The notes below the pieces were generated by a model, which ran no database searches, had not been told where the DNA came from, and saw only the letters and a list, made by a program, of their open reading frames with translations. 64,000 bases of DNA from the NCBI GenBank assembly GCA_900546395.1, contig URDD01000001.1:9203-73202 (forward strand), written 5' to 3'. A program made the translations under genes and the position numbers. This DNA is from an uncultured Bacteroidales bacterium. GTDB lineage: Bacteria > Bacteroidota > Bacteroidia > Bacteroidales > UBA932. The number at the start of each line of letters is the position of its first letter. The stretch's first letter is position 1. Shown piece after piece: positions 29,951 through 38,563 of this stretch.

Positions 29951-30736
29951 TTATTTTTTTAAATTGAATTTGTATGTAATAGTACCTTCCTGTACCGGAG
30001 GGGCAGAACTGCTCATATTGAATCTTGATTCAAGAGCGGCCTTTTTTGCTGCCTCCCACAGTGTCTTGTCAGTTACCGTCGTTCCTTGTATCCCCGGCAC
30101 CGCTTCAAGTACCTTGCCATATTGGTCAACTTTGATACGAACTACTACAATACCTGAGTTCTGAACAGAATATACCGGGTTAGGTAGAGCGCCCAATACT
30201 GTTCTTCCGGAGAGTTTGGCATTAGGCCTTCCGTCAGTATTTCCGGTTTTTGTGTTTCCTTGTGCATGACCTGCCTTCAGTGCATCGCTTACCTTGTGAG
30301 CGGTCTGTGCCGCAAGCGTATCTTTGTTTGTCTTGTTGTCGGCTGAATGGAACAAGGCCCGCTTGTCAATTTCCTTTTTACGGGGAGGCTGAGGGGTCTC
30401 TACATCTCCGAAATCATCGTTTATGGATTCAGGAGCTTCATTGGCCTTGGTGCCTTTATGCTGAGCTTCTGATGCCTGGACGAGTTTTATGTCCTTTGTC
30501 GGGTCTGCTTTTACAGCTCTCGGCTGGGTTCCTGTCCTGACCTGTTCTGGCTTGAATGTCTCACTGTCAGAAAAGTCTATCAGGATGGACTGCTCCTGAG
30601 GCGGAGGATATATGTATTTAAGTCCGCTAACTGCTCCGGCCCCCAATATACAAACATGCACAGCCACCGTAACTGTGATGCCTGTGATTCTAGCCAGTCT
30701 TTCCTGCCGTGCGCGTTCGTATTTGTAATGTTCCAT
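29951..30736 (-). CDS. tonB: Energy transducer TonB
   Basis: N-terminal TM segment, a Pro/Gln/Lys-rich linker and a C-terminal TonB domain. Located downstream of exbB and exbD. Confidence 0.75.
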   Translation of the reverse strand: MEHYKYERARQERLARITGITVTVAVHVCILGAGAVSGLKYIYPPPQEQSILIDFSDSETFKPEQVRTGTQPRAVKADPTKDIKLVQASEAQHKGTKANEAPESINDDFGDVETPQPPRKKEIDKRALFHSADNKTNKDTLAAQTAHKVSDALKAGHAQGNTKTGNTDGRPNAKLSGRTVLGALPNPVYSVQNSGIVVVRIKVDQYGKVLEAVPGIQGTTVTDKTLWEAAKKAALESRFNMSSSAPPVQEGTITYKFNLKK

Positions 30737-30742
30737 ACCTTT

Positions 30743-31156
30743 TTATTCCGGTGATGTGGCCAGAATTACTTTATAGTGGTTTCTTTTGGCTATATTCATA
30801 ACTTGGACAACTTCCTTGATAGGGACGCTTTCGTCAGCATAGATTGAAAATGTAGGGTCTTCCTCAGTCTGCAGCAATCCTACCAATTCATCTTCTATCT
30901 TATCAAAGCGGACAGGAGTCTTATCTCCGTTTATGTGATAGGAGAAAGTGTCAGTATCCTGATAGTGCTTGATGGAAACGCTGACTGTCGCTTTGGCAGA
31001 TACCTGTCCTGTACTTTTAGGCAGCAGAAGTTTCAATGCATTCGGATTTACAAGAGTAGAAGTCACCAGGAAGAAAATCAGCAATAGAAACACAATGTCC
31101 GTCATAGAAGACATTGAGAATCCTGAATCAACCTTTGTATTTCTTTTGATTGCCAT
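30743..31156 (-). CDS. exbD: Biopolymer transport protein ExbD/TolR
   Basis: 137 aa, single N-terminal TM segment (IVFLLLIFFLV). Confidence 0.8.
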   Translation of the reverse strand: MAIKRNTKVDSGFSMSSMTDIVFLLLIFFLVTSTLVNPNALKLLLPKSTGQVSAKATVSVSIKHYQDTDTFSYHINGDKTPVRFDKIEDELVGLLQTEEDPTFSIYADESVPIKEVVQVMNIAKRNHYKVILATSPE

Positions 31157-31171
31157 ATTGTGCTTGCCTTG

Positions 31172-31879
31172 TTATTTGGACGAATCTGCCGGTTCGTGCA
31201 GGAGGTCCATAAAGTCTATAGTGGTGCTTTCCATCTTGAATACCAGATCTGAAATCCTGGAAGTGAGGTAGTTGTATCCGAAGTAGGCAAGGATGCCGAC
31301 AATAAGTCCTCCGACAGTGGTTACCATCGCTGTATAGATTCCTCCTGAAAGGAGGGTTATATCAATGTTATTCCCTGCGTTTGACATATTGAAAAATGCC
31401 TGGATCATACCCATCACTGTGCCAAGGAATCCGATCATCGGTGCGCCTCCGGCTATGGTTGCAAGCATTGGAAGGCCTTTTTCGAGTCTTGCCACTTCTA
31501 CATTGCCCATGTTTTCTACTGCTGTCTGGATGTCCTGCAAAGGCCTTCCAATGCGCTCTATCCCTTTCTCTACAAGTCTGGCAATAGGAGAGTCGTATTT
31601 CTGGCAAAGGTCTAAGGCGGACTTTATTTTGCCGTCATGAATCAGACTGTGGATGTCTTTCATGAAGTTTTTGTCTATCATGCTGGCTTTGCGTATCATC
31701 CAGAATTTTTTTCCGAAAATGTAGATTGCAAGGATAGAAAGAGCCAGAAGGACAAGCATCAGCCATCCTCCTTTGGCTGCCATCTTGATAAGAGAAAAAG
31801 TTACCTCCTGCTGCTGCGGAAGCATATCTCCAGCTACTGCAGCTGTATCGATGCTGGATTGTAAAAGATTGAAAAGCAT
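31172..31879 (-). CDS. exbB: MotA/TolQ/ExbB proton channel protein
   Basis: 235 aa with three TM segments and the conserved C-terminal channel region. Confidence 0.8.
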   Translation of the reverse strand: MLFNLLQSSIDTAAVAGDMLPQQQEVTFSLIKMAAKGGWLMLVLLALSILAIYIFGKKFWMIRKASMIDKNFMKDIHSLIHDGKIKSALDLCQKYDSPIARLVEKGIERIGRPLQDIQTAVENMGNVEVARLEKGLPMLATIAGGAPMIGFLGTVMGMIQAFFNMSNAGNNIDITLLSGGIYTAMVTTVGGLIVGILAYFGYNYLTSRISDLVFKMESTTIDFMDLLHEPADSSK

Positions 31880-31984
31880 TGTTTTTATCTTGTATTATAT
31901 AAATTTATATTCAATAATAACTGCAAAAATAGATAAAAATTTGGAATTATTGATACCTGTCCTTTTGCAATTTCAATGTACGTT

Positions 31985-32761
31985 CTAATAGGTGACTTCA
32001 CTCAGGAATAACGCGTTCCCGGGGACTGATTCTCCTGCATCGGAACGTTTTCCTGACAAAATAAGATTTTCAAACCATTCGTAGTCTCTTTTCCCGCGTC
32101 CGACATCCACAAGTGAGCCGACAACAGCCCTAACCATGTTTCTGAGAAATCTGTCAGCCCTTATGGTAAACACGATATAGTCCCCTTCTTTGGCCGGGAA
32201 TCCCATTTCAGATACATGGACCGGAGAGTATGCTTTCCATTCAGCGTGCGAAACAGAGCAGATCGAAGTTTTATTGTTTCCTCCTGTTTTTTCAAAGCAG
32301 CTGAAGTCGTGGCATCCGAGCAGCAGCGATGCGGCTTGGTTCATTCTGTCGATATCCAGGGGGTAGCGGCAGTACCAGGAGAAATTTTCCATAAACGGAT
32401 CTTTTTTTCTGTGGATGAAATAATGGTATTCTCTGGATTTGGCTGAAAATCTTGCATGAAATTCAGTAGTGGTTTGAGCTATCTCGTGAATGATGATGGA
32501 TTTAGGTAGGATGGCATTCAATTTGTAAGCAAGTTTTTCTGCGTCGGGGACGGTCACGGGGTTTTCTATGTCGAAGTGGGCTATATAATTGACTGCATTG
32601 ACACCTGTATCTGTCCTTCCGGCTCCAGTTACTGTAGTTTCGGATTCCAGAAGCACTGAAAGTGCCTTCTGGAGCTCTTCTTGGATGCTTTTCTGCTGTT
32701 TTTGGATCTGCCATCCGAAAAAATATGAGCCGTTATATGAAAGCCGAATAGAATATCGCAT
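31985..32761 (-). CDS. truA: tRNA pseudouridine(38-40) synthase
   Basis: MRYSIRLSYNGSYFFGWQIQ... with GAGRTDTGVNA containing the catalytic Asp. Confidence 0.85.
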   Translation of the reverse strand: MRYSIRLSYNGSYFFGWQIQKQQKSIQEELQKALSVLLESETTVTGAGRTDTGVNAVNYIAHFDIENPVTVPDAEKLAYKLNAILPKSIIIHEIAQTTTEFHARFSAKSREYHYFIHRKKDPFMENFSWYCRYPLDIDRMNQAASLLLGCHDFSCFEKTGGNNKTSICSVSHAEWKAYSPVHVSEMGFPAKEGDYIVFTIRADRFLRNMVRAVVGSLVDVGRGKRDYEWFENLILSGKRSDAGESVPGNALFLSEVTY

Positions 32762-32782
32762 ACTTTGTAATGTGAAAATTTG

Positions 32783-32790
32783 TAACTTTG
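32783..32790 (+). promoter_or_regulatory. Candidate -7 box TAACTTTG for the moxR/Bat operon
   Basis: TAnnTTTG match 46 nt upstream of the moxR ATG, in the divergent truA/moxR intergenic region. Confidence 0.3.
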
Positions 32791-32835
32791 GGAGATTTTG
32801 TTTTGCAAAAATATTAAAAATTAAGACATAATTAT

Positions 32836-33828
32836 ATGGAGAGCGTGAACATTAAAGAACTAAATGACCGTATCCAGAAGGAAAGTTCGTTTGTCGATAT
32901 TCTCACAATGGAGATGGGAAAGGTGATTGTGGGGCAGAAATCTCTTGTCGAGAATCTTCTTATCGGACTTCTTGCAAATGGGCATATTCTTCTGGAAGGT
33001 GTTCCTGGATTAGCCAAGACGCTGGCTATAAATACACTTGCTTCGGCAGTCGATGCTAAGTTCAGTAGAATCCAGTTTACCCCCGACTTGTTGCCGGCTG
33101 ATGTTATCGGAACGTTGATTTATTCTCAGAAAAGCGAACAGTTCCAGATAAGAAAAGGTCCGGTTTTCGCCAATTTCGTTCTGGCAGATGAGATTAACCG
33201 TTCGCCTGCAAAGGTACAGTCAGCCTTGCTTGAGGCTATGCAGGAAAGGCAGGTGACTATTGGTGACGAGACTTTCAAGCTTCCTGAGCCATTTCTTGTA
33301 ATGGCTACACAGAACCCTATAGAGCAGGAGGGTACATATCCTCTTCCAGAGGCTCAGGTTGACCGTTTTATGCTGAAGGTGGTTGTGGATTACCCGAAAA
33401 AGGAAGAAGAGAGGATGATTGTCCGTATGAATAATACAGGCGAGTTTCCGAAAGCTTCTCCGATTCTTAAACCGGAAGATATCGTGCGTGCAAGGCAGGT
33501 CGTGAGAGATGTTTATATGGATGAAAAGATAGAGAGGTATATAGTGGATATCGTATATGCGACCCGAACTCCTCAGGATTATAATCTGTCCAAGCTCTCC
33601 AGCCTTATTTCTTATGGAGCTTCTCCTCGTGCCAGCATTTCTCTTTCAATGGCTTCAAAGGCATATGCTTTTATAAAGAGGAGAGGATATGTCATACCTG
33701 AAGATGTGAGGGCTGTCTGCAATGAGGTGCTTCGTCACAGGATAGGGTTGACATACGAGGCTGAGGCCGAAAATGTAACGACAGAGAATATTATAGCTGA
33801 AATAATAAATGCGGTAGAGGTTCCATAA
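32836..33828 (+). CDS. moxR: MoxR-family AAA+ ATPase (first gene of the Bat operon)
   Basis: Walker A motif LLEGVPGLAKT, 330 aa. Confidence 0.85.
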   Translation: MESVNIKELNDRIQKESSFVDILTMEMGKVIVGQKSLVENLLIGLLANGHILLEGVPGLAKTLAINTLASAVDAKFSRIQFTPDLLPADVIGTLIYSQKSEQFQIRKGPVFANFVLADEINRSPAKVQSALLEAMQERQVTIGDETFKLPEPFLVMATQNPIEQEGTYPLPEAQVDRFMLKVVVDYPKKEEERMIVRMNNTGEFPKASPILKPEDIVRARQVVRDVYMDEKIERYIVDIVYATRTPQDYNLSKLSSLISYGASPRASISLSMASKAYAFIKRRGYVIPEDVRAVCNEVLRHRIGLTYEAEAENVTTENIIAEIINAVEVP

Positions 33829-34718
33829 TGGAAAACAGAAGTGCAAATGACTTGCTCAAGAAAGTCAGGAAGATTGAGATAAAGACACGGGCTCTTTCAC
33901 ACCAGATTTTTGCCGGTGAGTATCATTCTGCCTTCAAGGGACGCGGAATGGCTTTCAGTGAGGTGCGTGAATATCAGTTCGGAGATGATGTCAGAAATAT
34001 GGACTGGAATGTCACTGCCAGATTGAGATCTCCGTATGTGAAGGTTTTTGAGGAAGAGAGGGAGCTGACAGTGGTTTTGCTGATAGATGTCAGCAGATCC
34101 GGTCTTTTCGGAACATCAGGAATGACCAAGAAGGATCTTATAGCCGAGATTGCGGCTGTACTGTCTTTCTCGGCCATTATCAATAACGATAAGGTGGGTG
34201 CACTCTTCTTTAGCGATAAAGTTGAAAAATTTATTCCTCCAAAGAAGGGAAGAAGCCATCTGCTTCATATAATACGTGAGATAATAGAACTGCAGCCCTC
34301 TTCTGACAGAACAGATATCAGCGAGGCTCTGCGTTATCTGACAAATGCCATAAAGAAAAGATGTACGGCGTTTGTCCTGTCTGATATGCTGGATGTATGT
34401 AAAGACGGATCTCCGAAATATGAGGATGCCTTGAAGGTGGCAGCGAACCGTCACGATTTGTCTGTCATAGAAGTATATGATCCCAGGGAGAGGACGTTAC
34501 CTGATGTAGGACTTGTTCATATAAAGGATTCTGAAACAGGTGAATCCGCCTGGGTCAACACATCCGGAAAAAAGACAAGGAAAATGTATGAAGAGTGGTT
34601 CGAAGCTGTTTCCCAGTCTGCGACGCGGCTCTTCAATAAATATAGCATTGACAATGTAAGTATATCCACAGACGAGGATTATGTCAAAGGACTTATGGCT
34701 TTTTTCAAAAAAAGATGA
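33828..34718 (+). CDS. DUF58-domain protein (MoxR partner)
   Basis: 296 aa. Its start shares one nucleotide with the moxR stop (TAATG), and the moxR-DUF58 pairing is conserved. Confidence 0.7.
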   Translation: MENRSANDLLKKVRKIEIKTRALSHQIFAGEYHSAFKGRGMAFSEVREYQFGDDVRNMDWNVTARLRSPYVKVFEEERELTVVLLIDVSRSGLFGTSGMTKKDLIAEIAAVLSFSAIINNDKVGALFFSDKVEKFIPPKKGRSHLLHIIREIIELQPSSDRTDISEALRYLTNAIKKRCTAFVLSDMLDVCKDGSPKYEDALKVAANRHDLSVIEVYDPRERTLPDVGLVHIKDSETGESAWVNTSGKKTRKMYEEWFEAVSQSATRLFNKYSIDNVSISTDEDYVKGLMAFFKKR

Positions 34719-35768
34719 TTGTCAACAAGAATTGAGATTATGAACTTTTTTTCATATTTGGCGGCTACGCTTTGTATTATAGCGGGGTTTATTCCTGCAA
34801 GGGCAGGAAACAGTGGTTTGAAAACACCGGGAAGTTCATTCCTGGAGCAGCTTCAGGAAAGGGATTCTATTCTTGTTGCAGATCAGTTGAAGTATGGATT
34901 CCGTCTGGAAAATGTGCCCGAAGGGACCGGATTTGCCCTGCCTGATTTTTCAAAAGGCTTCCGTGACAGTGTCGAGGTAGTATCTCCAATGCGCATAGAT
35001 ACACTGGCATTCAGGAAAGGAAGGAAAGGCGCTCCCGGAACTTATGATCTGGAGGGAAGTATGGTTATCACTTCTTTTGATGAAGGACAATATTCTCTTC
35101 CTGCTTTGTCTGTGTTGATGCATTCTGCAGATGGTGTTACAGATACTCTTATATTTGAACCTAAGTCAATGACAGTCAAGTCAATGCCTGTGGATACAGC
35201 ATCTTTTAAGGTGCACGATATAAAAGGGCAGGTGCGTTATCCCCTGACTTTTAGAGAATTGCTTCCATATATACTTTTGGCAGTATTTTTATCTCTGATT
35301 GTATTTTTTATAGTAAGGTATATCCGTAAGCGCATGGCTGGAGGTTCTGGCAGCAATATGAAAAAGGAGCCGGCTCATATAGTGGCTTTAAGAAAGCTGG
35401 ATCATTTTAGATGTAACAAATTATGGGGTCAGGACAAGCAGAAGTTCTTTTATTCAGGTGTGACTGATGCGCTCAGAGAGTATATGGTTTCCCGTTACGG
35501 CATTTCCGCAATGGAAATGACTACAAAGGAGATTTTTGACAGGCTTGTAGGAAAAGAAATTCCAGCAGACCTTTATGTTGAAGTCAAGGAACTTTTTGAG
35601 AGGGCTGATTTTGTCAAGTTTGCCAAGTATGTGGCAAGTGAAGAGGAAAATGCATCAGCAGTGCCTGCTGCCGTACGTTTCGTTACACAGACATATCAGG
35701 CAGAGCTTGATTCGGAGGCTGATGACAGAGCAGCCTCAGGAGACCAGACAGTTGAAACTAAACAGTGA
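34719..35768 (+). CDS. Bat-operon transmembrane protein of unknown function
   Basis: Signal peptide and a mid-protein TM segment (LLPYILLAVFLSLIVFFIV). Located between the DUF58 gene and batA. Confidence 0.5.
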   Translation: MSTRIEIMNFFSYLAATLCIIAGFIPARAGNSGLKTPGSSFLEQLQERDSILVADQLKYGFRLENVPEGTGFALPDFSKGFRDSVEVVSPMRIDTLAFRKGRKGAPGTYDLEGSMVITSFDEGQYSLPALSVLMHSADGVTDTLIFEPKSMTVKSMPVDTASFKVHDIKGQVRYPLTFRELLPYILLAVFLSLIVFFIVRYIRKRMAGGSGSNMKKEPAHIVALRKLDHFRCNKLWGQDKQKFFYSGVTDALREYMVSRYGISAMEMTTKEIFDRLVGKEIPADLYVEVKELFERADFVKFAKYVASEEENASAVPAAVRFVTQTYQAELDSEADDRAASGDQTVETKQ

Positions 35769-35775
35769 ATAGACG

Positions 35776-36762
35776 ATGTTTTTTGAATATCCTGAAATAT
35801 TGTGGCTGGAGATAGTGCCAGTATTGCTTATACTGCATTATCTGTATATTGAGATTAGAGAGCGCAGGCCTCACTTGAGAGTTTCGGTTTCTATACCATG
35901 GAAGCTTTCGGGAGGCTCTGTTCTTACTTGGGTCAGACATTTGCCTTTTGTCTTGAGAACTTTGGCGATAATTATGATAATAATAGCCATTGCTCGTCCA
36001 AGATCTTCTGAAAAAATGGATAAGGTTGATACCGAAGGTATAGACATAATGCTTACGATGGACGTTTCCACAAGTATGCTTGCCAGGGATTTCAAGCCGG
36101 ACAGGATCAGTGCAGCAAAGGATATTGCAATAGAATTCATTTCGCAGCGCCCTTCTGACAGAATAGGCATTGTTGTTTTTGCTGGAGAAAGTTATACCCA
36201 GTGTCCTCTCACTACAGACAGGTCTACACTTATAAATCTTATGAAAGAAGTGCAGACGGATCTTATTGAGGACGGTACCGCTATAGGAAATGGTCTTGCC
36301 ACAGCCGTAGCCAGACTTAAGGATTCTGATGCAAAGAGCAGGGTGGTGATATTGCTTACGGACGGAGTAAACAACAGAGGGGAGATTACTCCGCAGATGG
36401 CTTCGGAAATAGCAAAGACTTATGGCGTAAGGGTATATACTATAGGTGTCGGGGCCATGGGAACAGCGCCGTATCCTGTAATGACGCCATGGGGTGTGGA
36501 TATCCAGAATGTGCGTGTGGAAATTGATGAGAAACTGCTTGAAGAAATAGCGTCAATGACTGGCGGAAAATATTTCCGTGCGACTGACAATACCAAGCTT
36601 ATGGAGATTTACAGTGAAATCAACAAGATGGAGAAGGCGCGTACAACTATTGACAGTTTCCCTATTTATAAGGAATTGTTTTCTATTTATGCTCTGATTG
36701 CACTTGCCGCACTTCTTATGGAGTTGATTGTAAGGTTGTTTGTAATAAAAAGACTGCCATAA
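35776..36762 (+). CDS. batA: Aerotolerance protein BatA (TM anchor plus VWA domain)
   Basis: N-terminal TM segments, then a VWA domain with a MIDAS motif (DVSTSM). Confidence 0.8.
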   Translation: MFFEYPEILWLEIVPVLLILHYLYIEIRERRPHLRVSVSIPWKLSGGSVLTWVRHLPFVLRTLAIIMIIIAIARPRSSEKMDKVDTEGIDIMLTMDVSTSMLARDFKPDRISAAKDIAIEFISQRPSDRIGIVVFAGESYTQCPLTTDRSTLINLMKEVQTDLIEDGTAIGNGLATAVARLKDSDAKSRVVILLTDGVNNRGEITPQMASEIAKTYGVRVYTIGVGAMGTAPYPVMTPWGVDIQNVRVEIDEKLLEEIASMTGGKYFRATDNTKLMEIYSEINKMEKARTTIDSFPIYKELFSIYALIALAALLMELIVRLFVIKRLP

Positions 36763-36780
36763 CTGCAGGAGGAAGATGAT

Positions 36781-37782
36781 ATGATAAATTTTGCACAGGC
36801 GCAATATCTGTTTTTAATATTGCTTATTCCGTTATTCTTCGTATTGCAGGCAATAATGCTGCATCAGAAGAAGAAAAATATCCGTAAGTTCGGTGATGCT
36901 GAACTTGTACGTAAACTTATGCCGTCTTACTCAAAGTCAAAAGGTTGGGCAAGGGTAACTCTGTTTTCTATAGGCTTTTTCTTTTTTGTCATAGGACTTT
37001 CAAGACCTCAGATTGGTGCGAAACTGAAGGAGCATGAAGCTAAAGGCGTGGAAATAATGCTTGCGCTTGATGTTTCCAACTCAATGTTAGCAGAAGACTA
37101 TTCTCCAAACAGGCTGGATAGGGCCAAACTGGCGATTTCAAGGCTGGTAGATAAACTGAGGGATGATAGGATAGGTCTTATTGTTTTTGCAGGAACATCA
37201 TTTGTCCAGTTGCCTGTGACTACTGACTATGTTTCTGCAAAAATGTTTTTAAGTTCTATATCTAATGAATCCATACCAGTGCAGGGAACGGCTATAGGTG
37301 ATGCAATCAATACTGCAATTAGAAGTTTTAGTGCGCAAAGCGAGAAAAGCCGGGCAATAATTATAATTACAGATGGAGAGAATCATGAAGATGACCCGGT
37401 TGAGGCAGCCAAAAAGGCAGCAGAAGCAGGAATACGCGTTTTTACTATAGGCGTCGGGTCTCCTGAAGGAAAGCCGATTCCTTTTAATGGAGAACTGATG
37501 AAAGACAAAAATGGTGAAATCGTCGTTACAAGACTGGATGAAGAAGTGCTTAAAAAAGTAGCAGAGGCTGGAAACGGAGTTTATGTCAGGGCAGGGAACA
37601 GCGAATTCGGTCTGGCTCCTGTGGTTCAGAGCATCAAGAGGATGGATGAGGAAAAATTCAGTTCAGTTGTTTTCGAGGAGTTTGATGAGCAATATATGTA
37701 TTTCTTTGCCATTGCCTTGTTGTTCTTTGTAATAGAGATGCTTGTCGGAGAGAGAAAATCAAAAAAGCATTTGTTTAGCTGA
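36781..37782 (+). CDS. batB: Aerotolerance protein BatB (TM anchor plus VWA domain)
   Basis: VWA domain with a MIDAS motif (DVSNSM), plus N- and C-terminal TM segments. Confidence 0.8.
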   Translation: MINFAQAQYLFLILLIPLFFVLQAIMLHQKKKNIRKFGDAELVRKLMPSYSKSKGWARVTLFSIGFFFFVIGLSRPQIGAKLKEHEAKGVEIMLALDVSNSMLAEDYSPNRLDRAKLAISRLVDKLRDDRIGLIVFAGTSFVQLPVTTDYVSAKMFLSSISNESIPVQGTAIGDAINTAIRSFSAQSEKSRAIIIITDGENHEDDPVEAAKKAAEAGIRVFTIGVGSPEGKPIPFNGELMKDKNGEIVVTRLDEEVLKKVAEAGNGVYVRAGNSEFGLAPVVQSIKRMDEEKFSSVVFEEFDEQYMYFFAIALLFFVIEMLVGERKSKKHLFS

Positions 37783-37815
37783 AATATTTATCATTGATAT
37801 CGGGGGTTTTGAAAA

Positions 37816-38559
37816 ATGAAAAAATCTGGATACATATTGGCTTGTTTGTTTGTTGCGGTCTTGTTTTGTCAGGCACTTTCTGCTCGACAGCTTCCAGACA
37901 GGAAAGATGTAAGAAGAGGCAATAGGGATTTCAAGAAAGAAAATTATAAGGAGGCTGAAATTGACTACAGGAAAGCCTTGGTAAAGGACTCTACATCTTT
38001 TGCAGCCAATTATAATTTGGGAAATGCTTTATATAAGATGAATGATTTCCAGCAGGCCGGAAAGGCTTATGCTGCCTTGAAGGCTTCAACTGCAGATAAT
38101 CCCTTTGCATCCGATTTGTATTACAACATGGGAAATGTTTCTGTCCAGGCCAAAGACTGGCAGTCTGCTGTAGATGCCTATAAACAGGCTCTTTTGAGGA
38201 ATCCTTCTGACCTTGATGCCAAGGAGAATTATATTTATGCCAGGAAAATGCTTGAGAATCAGCAGAATCAGGATAAAAACAATCAGAATGACAAGAACAA
38301 TCAGGACAATAACGACAATCAGAACAAGGACCAGCAGGATAATAAGGACAATCAGGATAACAAGGATGATAACAGGAATCAGGACAAAGAGCAGAACAAG
38401 CAGAATTCCCAGCCGCAGCAGTCTGAGTCAAAAATAACGCCGCAGGCAGCTCAGCAGATGCTTCAGGCGATTCAGGCAAAGGAAAAAGAGACTCAGGAAA
38501 AAGTTAAGAAAGAAAAGGCTCAAGCCCTGAAATCAAGACAGAAGGAAAAGAATTGGTAG
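37816..38559 (+). CDS. batC: Aerotolerance protein BatC (TPR) with an N/Q/D/K-rich low-complexity insert
   Basis: Signal peptide and TPR-like repeats, followed by the run QQNQDKNNQNDKNNQDNNDNQNKDQQDNKDNQDNKDDNRNQDKEQNKQNSQPQQ. Confidence 0.75.
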   Translation: MKKSGYILACLFVAVLFCQALSARQLPDRKDVRRGNRDFKKENYKEAEIDYRKALVKDSTSFAANYNLGNALYKMNDFQQAGKAYAALKASTADNPFASDLYYNMGNVSVQAKDWQSAVDAYKQALLRNPSDLDAKENYIYARKMLENQQNQDKNNQNDKNNQDNNDNQNKDQQDNKDNQDNKDDNRNQDKEQNKQNSQPQQSESKITPQAAQQMLQAIQAKEKETQEKVKKEKAQALKSRQKEKNW

Positions 38560-38563
38560 TATT

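Noticed and set aside
37991-38479. 162-aa Cys-rich minus-strand ORF inside batC
   Set aside because: It lies antisense to the batC N/Q/D repeat. The open frame is a by-product of the degenerate repeat rather than a gene.
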